This document shows positions 11,476 through 20,663 of a DNA stretch of 30,138 nucleotides, piece after piece. The stretch covers positions 1-30,138 of the forward strand of contig JBBQXJ010000060.1 in assembly GCA_038209745.1 (NCBI GenBank), given 5' to 3'. A program made the translations under genes and the position numbers. Position 1 is the stretch's first letter. Each line of letters starts with the position of its first letter. The stretch is from Verrucomicrobiota bacterium. GTDB taxonomy: Bacteria; Verrucomicrobiota; Verrucomicrobiia; Limisphaerales; CANJSG01. The notes beneath the pieces were generated by a model that was given only the letters and a program-made list of their open reading frames with translations, was not told the DNA's origin and did not search any database.

Positions 11476-11804
11476 TCAACGAAAAATGATTCGTTAGACA
11501 TTGATTACCAGCATTTTACAATAGATTCGAAGATATTTGGACAGCAAAGGGCGCGGGATAAAAGCGCCATGATGACTCACGGTGGATTCGTGGTGTGACA
11601 ACCTGGGCGAGGATTTGTCCCAATCTTCGAGCCATTCAGGCTGGCGACGCAGGAGAAATAGGGAGTCTCCACATTTGCACGGATAAAGGGGCTTTACTCT
11701 GCTTTTCCATTCCCATTCGGGTGTCGGCTTGAGTCGGCTCGGACCGGTTGTTTTGGGCGTCCCCCGGACTTTCCTTCACTGGTTGCGCGGCTATCCTCGC
11801 CGCC

Positions 11805-13109
11805 ATGAAGCAAGCCTACATCGCGGCGAAGGAAGGCAGGACGCGGAAGACGGCTGGGTGGGAAAAGAGGGTCGCTCGCCTCTCTCTCCGCTTTGGCTTG
11901 GCCTTCCTGCTGGTTTCCCTCGGGCTCCCGCTGCGGGCGGCTTCGTTCGACGAGGCGAAGCTGGCCGAAATTCCCAAAGCCTTGCAGCGCTTTGTGGACG
12001 ACCACACCATCGCGGGCGCCGTGACGCTGGTGGCGACGAGCAACGCCGTGGTGCGCACGGATGCGGTCGGCTACTCGAGCTTGTCCGGCAAGGCCCCGAT
12101 GAAAGCGGACGATCTTTTCTGGATCGCCTCGATGACCAAGCCGATGACGGCGGTCTGCATCCTCCTGCTGAAGGACGAGGGCAAACTGTCGATCGACGAT
12201 CCGGTGGAGAAATGGCTGCCGGCCTTCAAGGACCAATGGATGACAACGGAGAAATCCGCCGACCGCCTCGTGCTGAAACGGCCCGCCCGCCCGATCACCC
12301 TCCGGGATCTCCTCACCCACACCTCCGGTCTCGGCTCCATCGATTCGCCGCAGCCCGACACCACGCTGGCGGAACTGGCGATGGCCTATGCGCGAGAGCC
12401 GCTGGAGTTTGAGCCCGGTTCCCGCTGGGCCTATTGCAACGCCGGCATCAACACGCTAGGCCGTATCGTCGAAGTGGTTTCAGGCAAACCCTACGCGGCT
12501 TTCATCGAATCCCGGGTCATCCGGCCGTTGGGCATGAACGACACGACCTTCTGGCCCGCCCCGCGGCAGATCCCGCGTATCGCGAAATCCTACCAGCCTG
12601 ACGGTGATGGCCGACTGGAAGAAACGTCGGTCTACTTCCTGAAGGGCGACCTGCAGGATCGCCATCGGACCGCGTTTCCGGCCGGCGGGCTGTTCTCCAC
12701 GGCGGGGGACATGGCGAAGTTCTACGGCATGATGCTCCAGGGCGGAGTGTGGAACGGCCGCCGGATTCTCAGCGAAGAATCCGCTGGGGAGATGACCCAT
12801 ACCCAGACGGGCGACATCAGGACCGGCTTCGTGGACGGAATGAGCTGGGGACTGGGCTTCCAGGTGGTGAAGGAGCCGCAGGGGATCACCGGAATGCTGT
12901 CGCCGAGCACCTTCGGCCACGGCGGCGCCTACGGTACTCAGAGCTGGGCCGATCCCAAGACGGGCGTGGTCTATGTGATGATGATCCAGCGGGCCAAGCT
13001 GGGGAACGGCGACGCCTCTCCGGTCCGGCAGGCTTTTCAGGCGGCGGTCGCGGCGGCGATCGTCGAAACGCCGGCCGAAGCGAAGCCTACTTCTTCGCCG
13101 CGGCGTTGA
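11805..13109 (+). CDS. Serine hydrolase, beta-lactamase class C / esterase family, probably exported
   Basis: SxxK (FWIASMTK), YxN (AYCNAG), FGHGG motif and a hydrophobic signal segment. ATG 11805 is preferred as the start. Confidence 0.9.
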   Translation: MKQAYIAAKEGRTRKTAGWEKRVARLSLRFGLAFLLVSLGLPLRAASFDEAKLAEIPKALQRFVDDHTIAGAVTLVATSNAVVRTDAVGYSSLSGKAPMKADDLFWIASMTKPMTAVCILLLKDEGKLSIDDPVEKWLPAFKDQWMTTEKSADRLVLKRPARPITLRDLLTHTSGLGSIDSPQPDTTLAELAMAYAREPLEFEPGSRWAYCNAGINTLGRIVEVVSGKPYAAFIESRVIRPLGMNDTTFWPAPRQIPRIAKSYQPDGDGRLEETSVYFLKGDLQDRHRTAFPAGGLFSTAGDMAKFYGMMLQGGVWNGRRILSEESAGEMTHTQTGDIRTGFVDGMSWGLGFQVVKEPQGITGMLSPSTFGHGGAYGTQSWADPKTGVVYVMMIQRAKLGNGDASPVRQAFQAAVAAAIVETPAEAKPTSSPRR

Positions 13110-13773
13110 GAGCGGTGACCAGTTCCTTGATCGTCTGGCCGGGTTCCACTTTCTTCTCGAACAGGATCTCCCGGATCTTCACCGGTTGGTTGTAATAGAC
13201 CGTGTTGGCCGAGTCGTCGGCCGCGAGCGATCCGCCCTTCACCGAGGCGCCTCCGAAGAGTCCCCGGCGATCCGAGTAAACCAAGATGGAGTGCTCGTTG
13301 GAGAAGGGGTCAGAAGAAACCGTCCCTTCCGCCGTCGCGCTGGTGGCGCCGGCGGTGCCCTCCGCCTATCCGCCAAAATCGATCTTGGGCTGGCAGAGGC
13401 TGAGGGCGACGTTGGTGTTCATCAGAAGGATGACGACGAACGAATGCTGGCCACCGGCCTGCACGCCGACGCTCGCTTCCGAGGAGGTCATGAACGACGC
13501 CGGGCTCCATTTTCCCGTTTCGGCCTGCCGCACCAACGACACGCCCCACCCGTTTTCATAGGCGAAAACGAGCCCGCCCTTCGTCCGACTGAGGAGCACG
13601 ATGCCCTGGGCCTTGGCCAGGGTTTCCGCCGGAATTCCCCTCTCGGGGTCGCGCTGCAGGTCCTGGAACCTGTTCTTGAGCTCCCGGACTTGGTTGTCGA
13701 GTTCGTGCTTCTCAACCGCGAAGGAGGAGGCACCCAGGGCGCAGAGAACGAGGCAGGCCAAAAATGACTTCAT
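13087..13773 (-). pseudogene. Lipid-binding SYLF (Ysc84-like) domain protein with one in-frame TAG
   Basis: Signal peptide [19 protein letters not shown] and SYLF motifs ([36 protein letters not shown]). A TAG at 13368-13366 (DFGG*AEGTAG) interrupts an otherwise continuous 228-codon frame. Confidence 0.8.
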
Positions 13774-13870
13774 GTGGGAACTATTGGACCGTCCCGGTCG
13801 ACGTGCAATGGTCGGGAGCACGCGGGATTTTCCTTCTGCCCCGGCACGGGCTTCGTTTGAATCGCGGCCC

Positions 13871-14206
13871 ATGAGCGAGACGCACGCGATGACGACGACC
13901 GCCTTCGAGCTGCCCGGCCATCGAGTAGTGCGTTCGATGGGCGTGGTGCGCGGCATCGTGGTGCGGTCCCGGTCGGTGATCGGGAACATGGGCGCGGCGC
14001 TCCAGACCGTCTTCGGCGGCAACATCTCGATCTATCGGGAGCTGTGCGAAAAGGCGCGGGACGACGCCTTCCAGCAGATGCTGGCGCATGCCTCGGAGAT
14101 GGGCGCCAACGCCGTGATCGGCGTGCGCTACGATGCCAACGAGATCGCCGCCGGCGTGACCGAGGTGCTGTGCTACGGTACGGCGGTGTTTGTGGAACGA
14201 GCTTAA
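13871..14206 (+). CDS. ybjQ: YbjQ/UPF0145 family protein
   Basis: [11 protein letters not shown]...[11 protein letters not shown]...EVLCYGTAV. Confidence 0.92.
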   Translation: MSETHAMTTTAFELPGHRVVRSMGVVRGIVVRSRSVIGNMGAALQTVFGGNISIYRELCEKARDDAFQQMLAHASEMGANAVIGVRYDANEIAAGVTEVLCYGTAVFVERA

Positions 14207-14209
14207 GAC

Positions 14210-14938
14210 ATGGCCAGACATTCAAAGTGGTCGAAGGTCAAGACCTTCAAGGGCGCCATCGACGCCAAGCGCGGCAAGATGTTCGCCAAGCTTTCCAAGG
14301 AGATCTTCGTCGCCGCCAAGATGGGCGGGGCGGATCCCGACATGAACCCGCGCCTCCGTGCCGCCATGCTCAAAGCGCGCCAATCCTCGGTGCCGGCCGA
14401 CAACATCGACCGGGCGGTCAAGCGCGCCACGGGCGAGGACGACATGACGGTCTACGAGGACCTCGTCTATGAAATCTACGGGCCGGGCGGGGTGGCGTTG
14501 CTGGTCGACCTGAGCACGGACAACCGCAACCGCACCGCGGCGGAGCTCCGCAGCATCTGCGCGAAAAACGGAGGCACCATCGCCGCTGCCGGCGCGGTCA
14601 GCCGACTCTTCCACCGCCAGGGCCAGATCATCGTGGCCCGGGAATCCGCCCGGGAAGACGCGTTGATGGAGATCGCGCTGGAAGCGGGGGCCGAGGACTT
14701 GAAGGCCGACGAACATGGCTATGAGATCCTCACGGAGGCGGCGCATTTCGAGGCCGTGCACAAGAAGATCGAGGACGCCGGCATCCCGTGCGAGGTGGCC
14801 GAGGTGACGTCGCTGCCCACGTTGACCGTGCCGTTGACCGACCCGGCGCTGGTCCAGTCCTACCAGACGCTGCATGATCTGCTGGAAGAGCACGACGACG
14901 TGAAGGAGCTGTATTCCAACGCGGAGCTGCCAGAATAG
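14210..14938 (+). CDS. yebC: YebC/PmpR family protein
   Basis: MARHSKW...DAKRGK...NPRLR...YEIYGPGGVA...TDNRNRT. Confidence 0.96.
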   Translation: MARHSKWSKVKTFKGAIDAKRGKMFAKLSKEIFVAAKMGGADPDMNPRLRAAMLKARQSSVPADNIDRAVKRATGEDDMTVYEDLVYEIYGPGGVALLVDLSTDNRNRTAAELRSICAKNGGTIAAAGAVSRLFHRQGQIIVARESAREDALMEIALEAGAEDLKADEHGYEILTEAAHFEAVHKKIEDAGIPCEVAEVTSLPTLTVPLTDPALVQSYQTLHDLLEEHDDVKELYSNAELPE

Positions 14939-14965
14939 CCCGGCGCCAGATCGGCTCCTTCTAAG

Positions 14966-17692
14966 ATGACCCACCATTCTGACAGCAACCCAAAGAAGGG
15001 CACGCGCACGGGCTCCCCGACCGAACGGGCGCTGGAATGGGTGACGAACATGGTGATCCGGCACCGGGTCTGGTGCATCCGGATCCAGCTCGTGCTCTTC
15101 GCCCTGAGCGTCTGGTTCACGGTGGCCAAGCTGGGGTTCCAGACGAGTCGCGACGATCTCGTCGGCGCGGACAAGCGCTACCACCAGATCTATCTGAACT
15201 TCAAAAAGGAATTCCCCGCCCAGGAAGACATGGTCGTGGTGGTGGAGAGCGAGTCCATTTCCCGCAATCGCCAGTTCGTCGAGCGGCTCGGCGTCCGATT
15301 GGAGAGCGAGACGAACCTGTTCGCGGACGTCTTCTACAAGGGCGACCTCCGCATGATGGGGTCCAAGGCGTTGCTCTTCGCCCCGGAGGAGGATCTGACG
15401 GTGCTGCGGGACAAGCTGCAGGCTTTCCGGCCATTCATCGGCAAGTTCCTCCAGACGTCCAACCTGGTTTCCTTGTTCGAGATGGTGAACCGGCAGTTCC
15501 GCACGGCCACCCGGGAAACCAACGCCCAGAACGACGCGCTCATCGGGGCGCTGCCCGCGTTGGAGAGGATCCTCGTGGGAGCCACCGAAGCGGTGGAGCG
15601 GCACGGCACGCCGCCATCCCCGGGAGTGGACGCGCTCTTCGGCGCCGGCCCGGAGGCGGAGAACGCGTCCTATGTCACCTTCGCCCGCGGCCGGCTCTAC
15701 CTCGTGACCGCCCGTGCCAGCAGCAAGGAGAACGTCATCCCGGCCGTGGAGCGGATGCGCCAGCTCGTGGCGGAAACCCAGGCCGAAGTGACGGGTGTGA
15801 ACGTGGGATTGACCGGCGAATCCGTTTTGGAAGTGGACGAGATGGCCCAGTCCCAGACGGACTCGATCAAGGCGTCGATCCTCTCGTTCATCGGCTGCGG
15901 GCTGATCTTCATCATCGGCTATCGGGAAACCGGCCGCCCGTTGAAAGCGGCGGCATGTCTCCTCGTCGGCCTCGGCTACACGATGGGCTTCACCACGTTG
16001 GTGGTCGGGCATCTGAACATCCTCACCATTGTCTTCGTGCCGATCCTCATCGGCCTGGCGATCGACTTCGGCGTGCATCTGGTGACGCGCTACGAGGAGG
16101 AACTGCGGGCCGGTCGCACCGAGGAGGAGGCGATCCGCCTCGCCGTGGTGAACACGGGCATGGGCGTCTTCACCGGCGCTTTGACCACGGCAACGGCGTT
16201 CCTGGCCATGGGCTTCACCGACTTCAAGGGAGTGCGGGAGATGGGCATCATCTGCGGCGCCGGCATGCTGCTCTCGCTCGTGCCGATGATGACGATGCTC
16301 CCGGCGCTGCTGCTGCGCGGGCGGCAGAACACGATCGACCACGGGCGCCCGCCGATGGATCGACGCGCACGCCTGGAACGCCTGTGGCTTGACCGTCCCT
16401 GGATCACGACCGGCATCACGCTGGCCTTGACCGGCCTCGCGGTCATCGGCGCGCGACGGGTGACCTTCGACTACAACCTGTTGAACATGCAGTCGGATGG
16501 CCTGCCGGCCGTGGTCTATCAAAAGAAGCTCATCCACTCGGCGGACAAGTCCGTCATCTTTGGTGTGGTGGCCGTGGATTCGGTCGAGGAAGCGCGCAAA
16601 CTGGAAGCGCGGTTCAAGCAGCTCCCGACCGTCCGGGATGTGGAGTCGATGTCAGCCTTCCTCGGCGGCAACCAGGAAACCAAGCTGGCGCGGGTCCGGG
16701 AGATCAAGACCCTGGTGGAGGATCTTCGTTTCGCCGCCCCGGACCCGGAGCCCGTCAATACCCAGGACCTGAGCCGCACGCTCTGGTCGTTCAAGGGCTA
16801 TCTGGGACTGGTCGCCCAGGAAGTTGGCGATCAGAAGCCCGAGCTGCTGGCGGAAGTGCAGTCGCTCGTCCGCGCAGTGGAGGATCTCCGGGTTAAGCTC
16901 AACGACAGCAGGACAGCCGACGTCGCGCTGAAGGTCACCGAGCTCCAGACCGCTCTGTTCACCGATCTGCGAGACACCTTCGCCGCTTTGCGGAATCAAA
17001 ACGCAGACGCGCCATTGACCGCCGCAGATTTGCCTCCCTCCCTCAGGAGCCGGTTCATCGGGGTCACCGGCAAACATCTGCTGATGATCTATCCGAAAAA
17101 GGACGTCTGGGAACGGGAGCCGCAGGAGGAGTTTGTGGACGAGCTCCGCACCGTCTATCCGGAAGTGACCGGCACGCCGGTGCAGCTGCTGGAATACACC
17201 TCGCTGCTGAGGAGAAGCTACGAGGACGCGGCCTGGTATGCGCTGGCCGCCATTGCGGTGATGGTGCTGGTCCACTTCCGCTCCATTCCATGCCTGGTAT
17301 TGGCTCTGATCCCGGTTGGAGTCGGGTTTCTCTGGATGGTGGGCCTGATGGGCTGGCGGGGCCTGCATTTCAACCCCGCCAACATCATGACCCTGCCGTT
17401 GGTGGTCGGGATCGGCGTGACCAATGGCATCCATATCCTCAACCGTTACGCGGAAGAGAGAAGTCCGGCCCTCCTCGCCAAGAGCACGGGCAAGGCGGTG
17501 CTGATCTCGGGACTGACCACGATCGTGGGATTCGGGAGCCTGCTGACCGCCGAACATCGCGGGATCGAGAGCCTGGGCTTCGTCATGTCGGTCGGAGTGG
17601 CGACCTGCCTCTTCGTTTCGCTGACGTTTCTGCCGGCGTTGCTCCAGATGTTCCCGTGGTCGGGCCCAAAAAAAACCGACGCCAAGCCATAG
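14966..17692 (+). CDS. MMPL/RND family transporter (HpnN-like)
   Basis: Two membrane repeats with IGLAIDFGVH and VGIGVTNGIH motifs and large periplasmic loops; 908 aa. Confidence 0.88.
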   Translation: MTHHSDSNPKKGTRTGSPTERALEWVTNMVIRHRVWCIRIQLVLFALSVWFTVAKLGFQTSRDDLVGADKRYHQIYLNFKKEFPAQEDMVVVVESESISRNRQFVERLGVRLESETNLFADVFYKGDLRMMGSKALLFAPEEDLTVLRDKLQAFRPFIGKFLQTSNLVSLFEMVNRQFRTATRETNAQNDALIGALPALERILVGATEAVERHGTPPSPGVDALFGAGPEAENASYVTFARGRLYLVTARASSKENVIPAVERMRQLVAETQAEVTGVNVGLTGESVLEVDEMAQSQTDSIKASILSFIGCGLIFIIGYRETGRPLKAAACLLVGLGYTMGFTTLVVGHLNILTIVFVPILIGLAIDFGVHLVTRYEEELRAGRTEEEAIRLAVVNTGMGVFTGALTTATAFLAMGFTDFKGVREMGIICGAGMLLSLVPMMTMLPALLLRGRQNTIDHGRPPMDRRARLERLWLDRPWITTGITLALTGLAVIGARRVTFDYNLLNMQSDGLPAVVYQKKLIHSADKSVIFGVVAVDSVEEARKLEARFKQLPTVRDVESMSAFLGGNQETKLARVREIKTLVEDLRFAAPDPEPVNTQDLSRTLWSFKGYLGLVAQEVGDQKPELLAEVQSLVRAVEDLRVKLNDSRTADVALKVTELQTALFTDLRDTFAALRNQNADAPLTAADLPPSLRSRFIGVTGKHLLMIYPKKDVWEREPQEEFVDELRTVYPEVTGTPVQLLEYTSLLRRSYEDAAWYALAAIAVMVLVHFRSIPCLVLALIPVGVGFLWMVGLMGWRGLHFNPANIMTLPLVVGIGVTNGIHILNRYAEERSPALLAKSTGKAVLISGLTTIVGFGSLLTAEHRGIESLGFVMSVGVATCLFVSLTFLPALLQMFPWSGPKKTDAKP

Positions 17693-17954
17693 ACTTGACG
17701 TCGGTCTGAGGAGGAACCGAGGTAAAAACCTCTTGTTTCGCCGCAAAGCTATTCTGTCCTAAAAGCGGTCGTCAACCTTCGTTGTCTACAAAAATGTGGA
17801 CTTTAGCGCCTCCAAATCCTCTTGCCAGCCAGGGTTATCGTTAACGGCAACCGATGGGCGAGACGCTTTACCCGCCATTATTCCAGCTGACTCAGCGAAG
17901 ATAGGAAGTCATGTCGACCTGGAAACTTGGGATTCCAACGGTCCGGCCGCAGCG

Positions 17955-18971
17955 TCAACTCCGGCCCACTGCCGCGACGAAGGGCTTCAATTCCTCCATG
18001 AGCTTGGCGAAGCCTTCCAAAGACACCTGTTGGGCACCATCGCTCCACGCTTCAGCCGGATTTGGATGCACCTCGATCAGAAGCGCGTCGGCACCCATGG
18101 CGATCGCTCCCTTGCTGAGGGAGATGACGAGATCGCTGCGGCCGGCGCCCTGGCTCGGATCGATCACGATCGGGCAGTGCGATTCCTTCTTGATGATGGG
18201 GATAGTCGACAGATCAAGCGTGTTGCGGGTGTAGGTCTCGAAGGTGCGGATGCCGCGTTCGCAGAACATCAGCCCAGGGTTCTCGTTCGCCAGGACGTAT
18301 TCGCCGGCCAACAGCCATTCCTCGATCTTCATGGAAAGGCCGCGTTTCAAGAGCACGGGCCGACCGGTCTTGGCGGCGGCAATAAGCAACTGGAAGTTCT
18401 GCGCGTTCCGGGCGCCGATCTGGAGGATATCGGCGTAGTCCGCGACCATCGTCGCCTGCTGCTCCGAGAGGAGTTCGGTGATGACGGCGAGGCCGGTTTC
18501 CTTGCGAGCCTTTGCCAGCAGCTTCAGGGCCTTCTCACCGAGACCCTGGAATTCGTAGGGAGAGGTGCGGGGTTTGAAGGCGCCGCCACGGAGGACGGTG
18601 GCCCCAGCCTTCTTTACCGCGTGGGCGGTGGTCAGAAGCTGCTTCTCGCTCTCCACCGAACACGGGCCGGCCATGATCTGGATCTTGTCGCCACCGATGA
18701 CGGCTCCGTTGCCCAGCGTGATGGTGGAATTGGAGGGATGGGCCTCGCGGCTGACGAGCTTGAAGCGCTTCTGCACCGGCATGACCGACTCCACCTGGGG
18801 AAAAGCAGAGAGGGATTCCAGCGTGTGGTTCTTGCGCTCGTCGCCGATGGCACCGATGACGGTGCGGGCGACTCCGCGCATGAGGTGGGGCCGGTAGCCG
18901 AGGCGTCGGATTTCCTTGAGGACGGACAGCTCGGCCTTGCGGTTGGTCTTTGGTTTGAGAACGACGATCAT
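17955..18971 (-). CDS. aroF: 3-deoxy-7-phosphoheptulonate (DAHP) synthase, class I-beta, with N-terminal regulatory domain
   Basis: AGPCSVES, RGGAFKPRTSPYEFQGLG, QIGARN, LLKRG, CERGIRTFE, EVHPNP; starts MIVVLKP at ATG 18971. Confidence 0.96.
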   Translation of the reverse strand: MIVVLKPKTNRKAELSVLKEIRRLGYRPHLMRGVARTVIGAIGDERKNHTLESLSAFPQVESVMPVQKRFKLVSREAHPSNSTITLGNGAVIGGDKIQIMAGPCSVESEKQLLTTAHAVKKAGATVLRGGAFKPRTSPYEFQGLGEKALKLLAKARKETGLAVITELLSEQQATMVADYADILQIGARNAQNFQLLIAAAKTGRPVLLKRGLSMKIEEWLLAGEYVLANENPGLMFCERGIRTFETYTRNTLDLSTIPIIKKESHCPIVIDPSQGAGRSDLVISLSKGAIAMGADALLIEVHPNPAEAWSDGAQQVSLEGFAKLMEELKPFVAAVGRS

Positions 18972-19001
18972 AGGATTTATTCCTGCCCTGGATCTCCACA
19001 C

Positions 19002-19029
19002 AAAAAAACCGCAGGTGGAGTCCTGCGGC
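19002..19029 (-). terminator. Attenuator terminator in the aroF leader
   Basis: CCGCAGG-actcca-CCTGCGG followed by T7, ending 30 nt upstream of the aroF ATG. Confidence 0.85.
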
Positions 19030-19061
19030 ATCGGAGACGGTTTGTGTCGGGGTTCACAAGC

Positions 19062-19136
19062 TCACGAAATGGCGCAGTCGGCCAGGCCAAAAAAGCCCGC
19101 CCAGTACCAGGCGCCAAATCGAAAGCTGCGGTTCAC
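19062..19136 (-). CDS. Aromatic-amino-acid leader peptide MNRSFRFGAWYWAGFFGLADCAIS
   Basis: GTG start and TGA stop. 7 of 24 codons are aromatic (4 Phe, 2 Trp, 1 Tyr). It lies between a promoter and a terminator upstream of the DAHP synthase. Confidence 0.85.
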   Translation of the reverse strand: MNRSFRFGAWYWAGFFGLADCAIS

Positions 19137-19143
19137 AGGCCGA

Positions 19144-19171
19144 AAGCTATCAGCCGATCATGCCGGGTCAA
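19144..19171 (-). promoter_or_regulatory. Sigma70-type promoter of the aroF leader
   Basis: TTGACC-N16-TAGCTT with an extended TGn. The leader GTG follows 7 nt after the -10 box. Confidence 0.7.
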
Positions 19172-19542
19172 GAAACGCTTCCCGCGAGATCCGCTCCCGG
19201 CAGGGCCAGGAAGTCCCCCAGCAACCGTTTCAAAGCGGGTTCGTCGTAGTCGTTCAAATCCCTCAGCGTGAAGACTCCGAGGCAGATCCCGTCCTTGCGA
19301 CGGGCGGCGTGCAGCACGGCGTTCTCATAGACCAGGCGGACCGTCTCGCCCGGGAGCCGTTGCGCCTGGAGCAGGCGGAATATATCGGACAAAGAACTCA
19401 GCGCATGGTCGCAGATGGATTGGGGGAAGGCCGTCGAAAAGCTCTGCGAAAAAGGGGCGCCATCGGCATACCGGAGGCCTCCGGCCAGGACGCCGTGGAT
19501 CATCAGGTTCTGGGAGAACCAAAGATTCAGGGCCGCCTTCAT
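19168..19542 (-). CDS. Hypothetical protein, roadblock/LC7-like
   Basis: 124 aa with an ATGA overlap with the upstream regulator. The helix/strand pattern (GVLAGGLRYADG...VRLVYENAVLHAARRKDGICLGVF) suggests a roadblock/profilin-like fold. Confidence 0.6.
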   Translation of the reverse strand: MKAALNLWFSQNLMIHGVLAGGLRYADGAPFSQSFSTAFPQSICDHALSSLSDIFRLLQAQRLPGETVRLVYENAVLHAARRKDGICLGVFTLRDLNDYDEPALKRLLGDFLALPGADLAGSVS

Positions 19543-20663
19543 TCCATCGACCCCGCAATGGGCGCCGGCGCGTAGACCGTTCGCAGAAACAGCGCGCGAT
19601 CGGCCTCGGCCTGCACCAGGACGCGGGTCCTATGCTCGGTGCTTTCCATCCGCTCGAACAGGCCCACTGGCAGCCCCTGGGCCAACTGCCGCGCCTTCTG
19701 CGACAGCATCTCCATGAAATCGATCCGCCCGTTGCTGTTCATGCACTGCCATTCGTAGAGCACGTCGCCCTGCGTGGAACAGAGGATGAACTCAGCGACC
19801 GTCGGCTTCAGCTCCATCCCTTCCGGGAGTTCCGGAGCCGGCTGCACGCGGAAGAACGCCGTGTTGCCCGTCTCCTCTTCGGCCATTTGCAGGGCGGCCT
19901 GAGTTTCCGCGTCCAGCTCGCCGGATTTGGGAGCGGAAGGGTCGATCGGCACATCCGTCTCCCGTTCGTCCCGCTGCTGCGCCGCCTCCATCAGCAACGA
20001 TTCCCAGCTACCGGAAATCGTCCTTTGGTCCGGCTCGGAAAAGGGTTTGAGGGTGAACTCGCCCCCGGAGAGCGCCAACAGCCGGTTGAAGGCGGGTTCT
20101 CCAAGGAACTCTCCGACATGCGCATGGACCACCTGGCCAACCTCGACGTAGATCTGTCCGCGCACCCCTCCGGTGTTGATCTCCAGAACGCTGGAATTTC
20201 GCGCCAGACATTCCATCTGCAATACATCGGCCAACCCCACCTTCCGCAGCACGCCCCGAAATCCTTCCTCCGGCTGGAACTTCGCCAGTTCGGCGAGCGT
20301 GGCGAAGATGCTTTGCCATCCTCCGGGATCGCGCGGCTTTTCCAGGAAAAGCTCCGCACCGCTGTCGAGGCACGTATCGCGGTAGGCTCCGGTATAGTCG
20401 CCGGTCAGGACGACCTTCAGCAGATCGGGGAACTTCCGGCAGAGAAGCCGCAGGAACTGGAGCCCGTCGACGACGGGCATGTGGATGTCGATCACCAGGA
20501 GATCGACCGACTGCCCCTGCATCGCGGCGAGGGCGGCGCCGGAACTTTGCGCCGTCGATACCTGCCAGGATGCGCCCACAAACTGCTCCGCCAGCTCGGG
20601 CAGCAGCCGGAGAAAGTCGGGATCGTCGTCGACGAACAAAACGCGTGTCTTTCGGCCACCCAT
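19539..20663 (-). CDS. Response regulator: REC + DUF4388 (PatA_N-like) + C-terminal roadblock-like domain
   Basis: FVDDD, VIDIHMP, LTG and EKP receiver motifs; FRGVLRKVGLADVLQM...LLMEAAQQRDE DUF4388 pattern. Confidence 0.85.
   Translation of the reverse strand: MGGRKTRVLFVDDDPDFLRLLPELAEQFVGASWQVSTAQSSGAALAAMQGQSVDLLVIDIHMPVVDGLQFLRLLCRKFPDLLKVVLTGDYTGAYRDTCLDSGAELFLEKPRDPGGWQSIFATLAELAKFQPEEGFRGVLRKVGLADVLQMECLARNSSVLEINTGGVRGQIYVEVGQVVHAHVGEFLGEPAFNRLLALSGGEFTLKPFSEPDQRTISGSWESLLMEAAQQRDERETDVPIDPSAPKSGELDAETQAALQMAEEETGNTAFFRVQPAPELPEGMELKPTVAEFILCSTQGDVLYEWQCMNSNGRIDFMEMLSQKARQLAQGLPVGLFERMESTEHRTRVLVQAEADRALFLRTVYAPAPIAGSME

Noticed and set aside
11419..11750. CIRCE/HrcA operator for the chaperone genes
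   Set aside because: No TTAGCACTC-N9-GAGTGCTAA match was found here or in 9350-9465.
11805..13109. A resistance beta-lactamase paired with the BLIP-II-like RCC1 domain
   Set aside because: The motifs fit the broad serine hydrolase family, the genes are unlinked transcriptionally, and the RCC1 fold alone does not imply inhibition.
13366..13368. Genome-wide TAG recoding or pyrrolysine
   Set aside because: TAG ends several genes in the window at their expected C-termini, and no pyl genes are present.
17718..17790. c-di-GMP-I riboswitch-like words (GGTAAA...CGCAAAGCTA...CTAA)
   Set aside because: There is no P2 hairpin with a GNRA loop, no closing P1, and no same-strand downstream gene.
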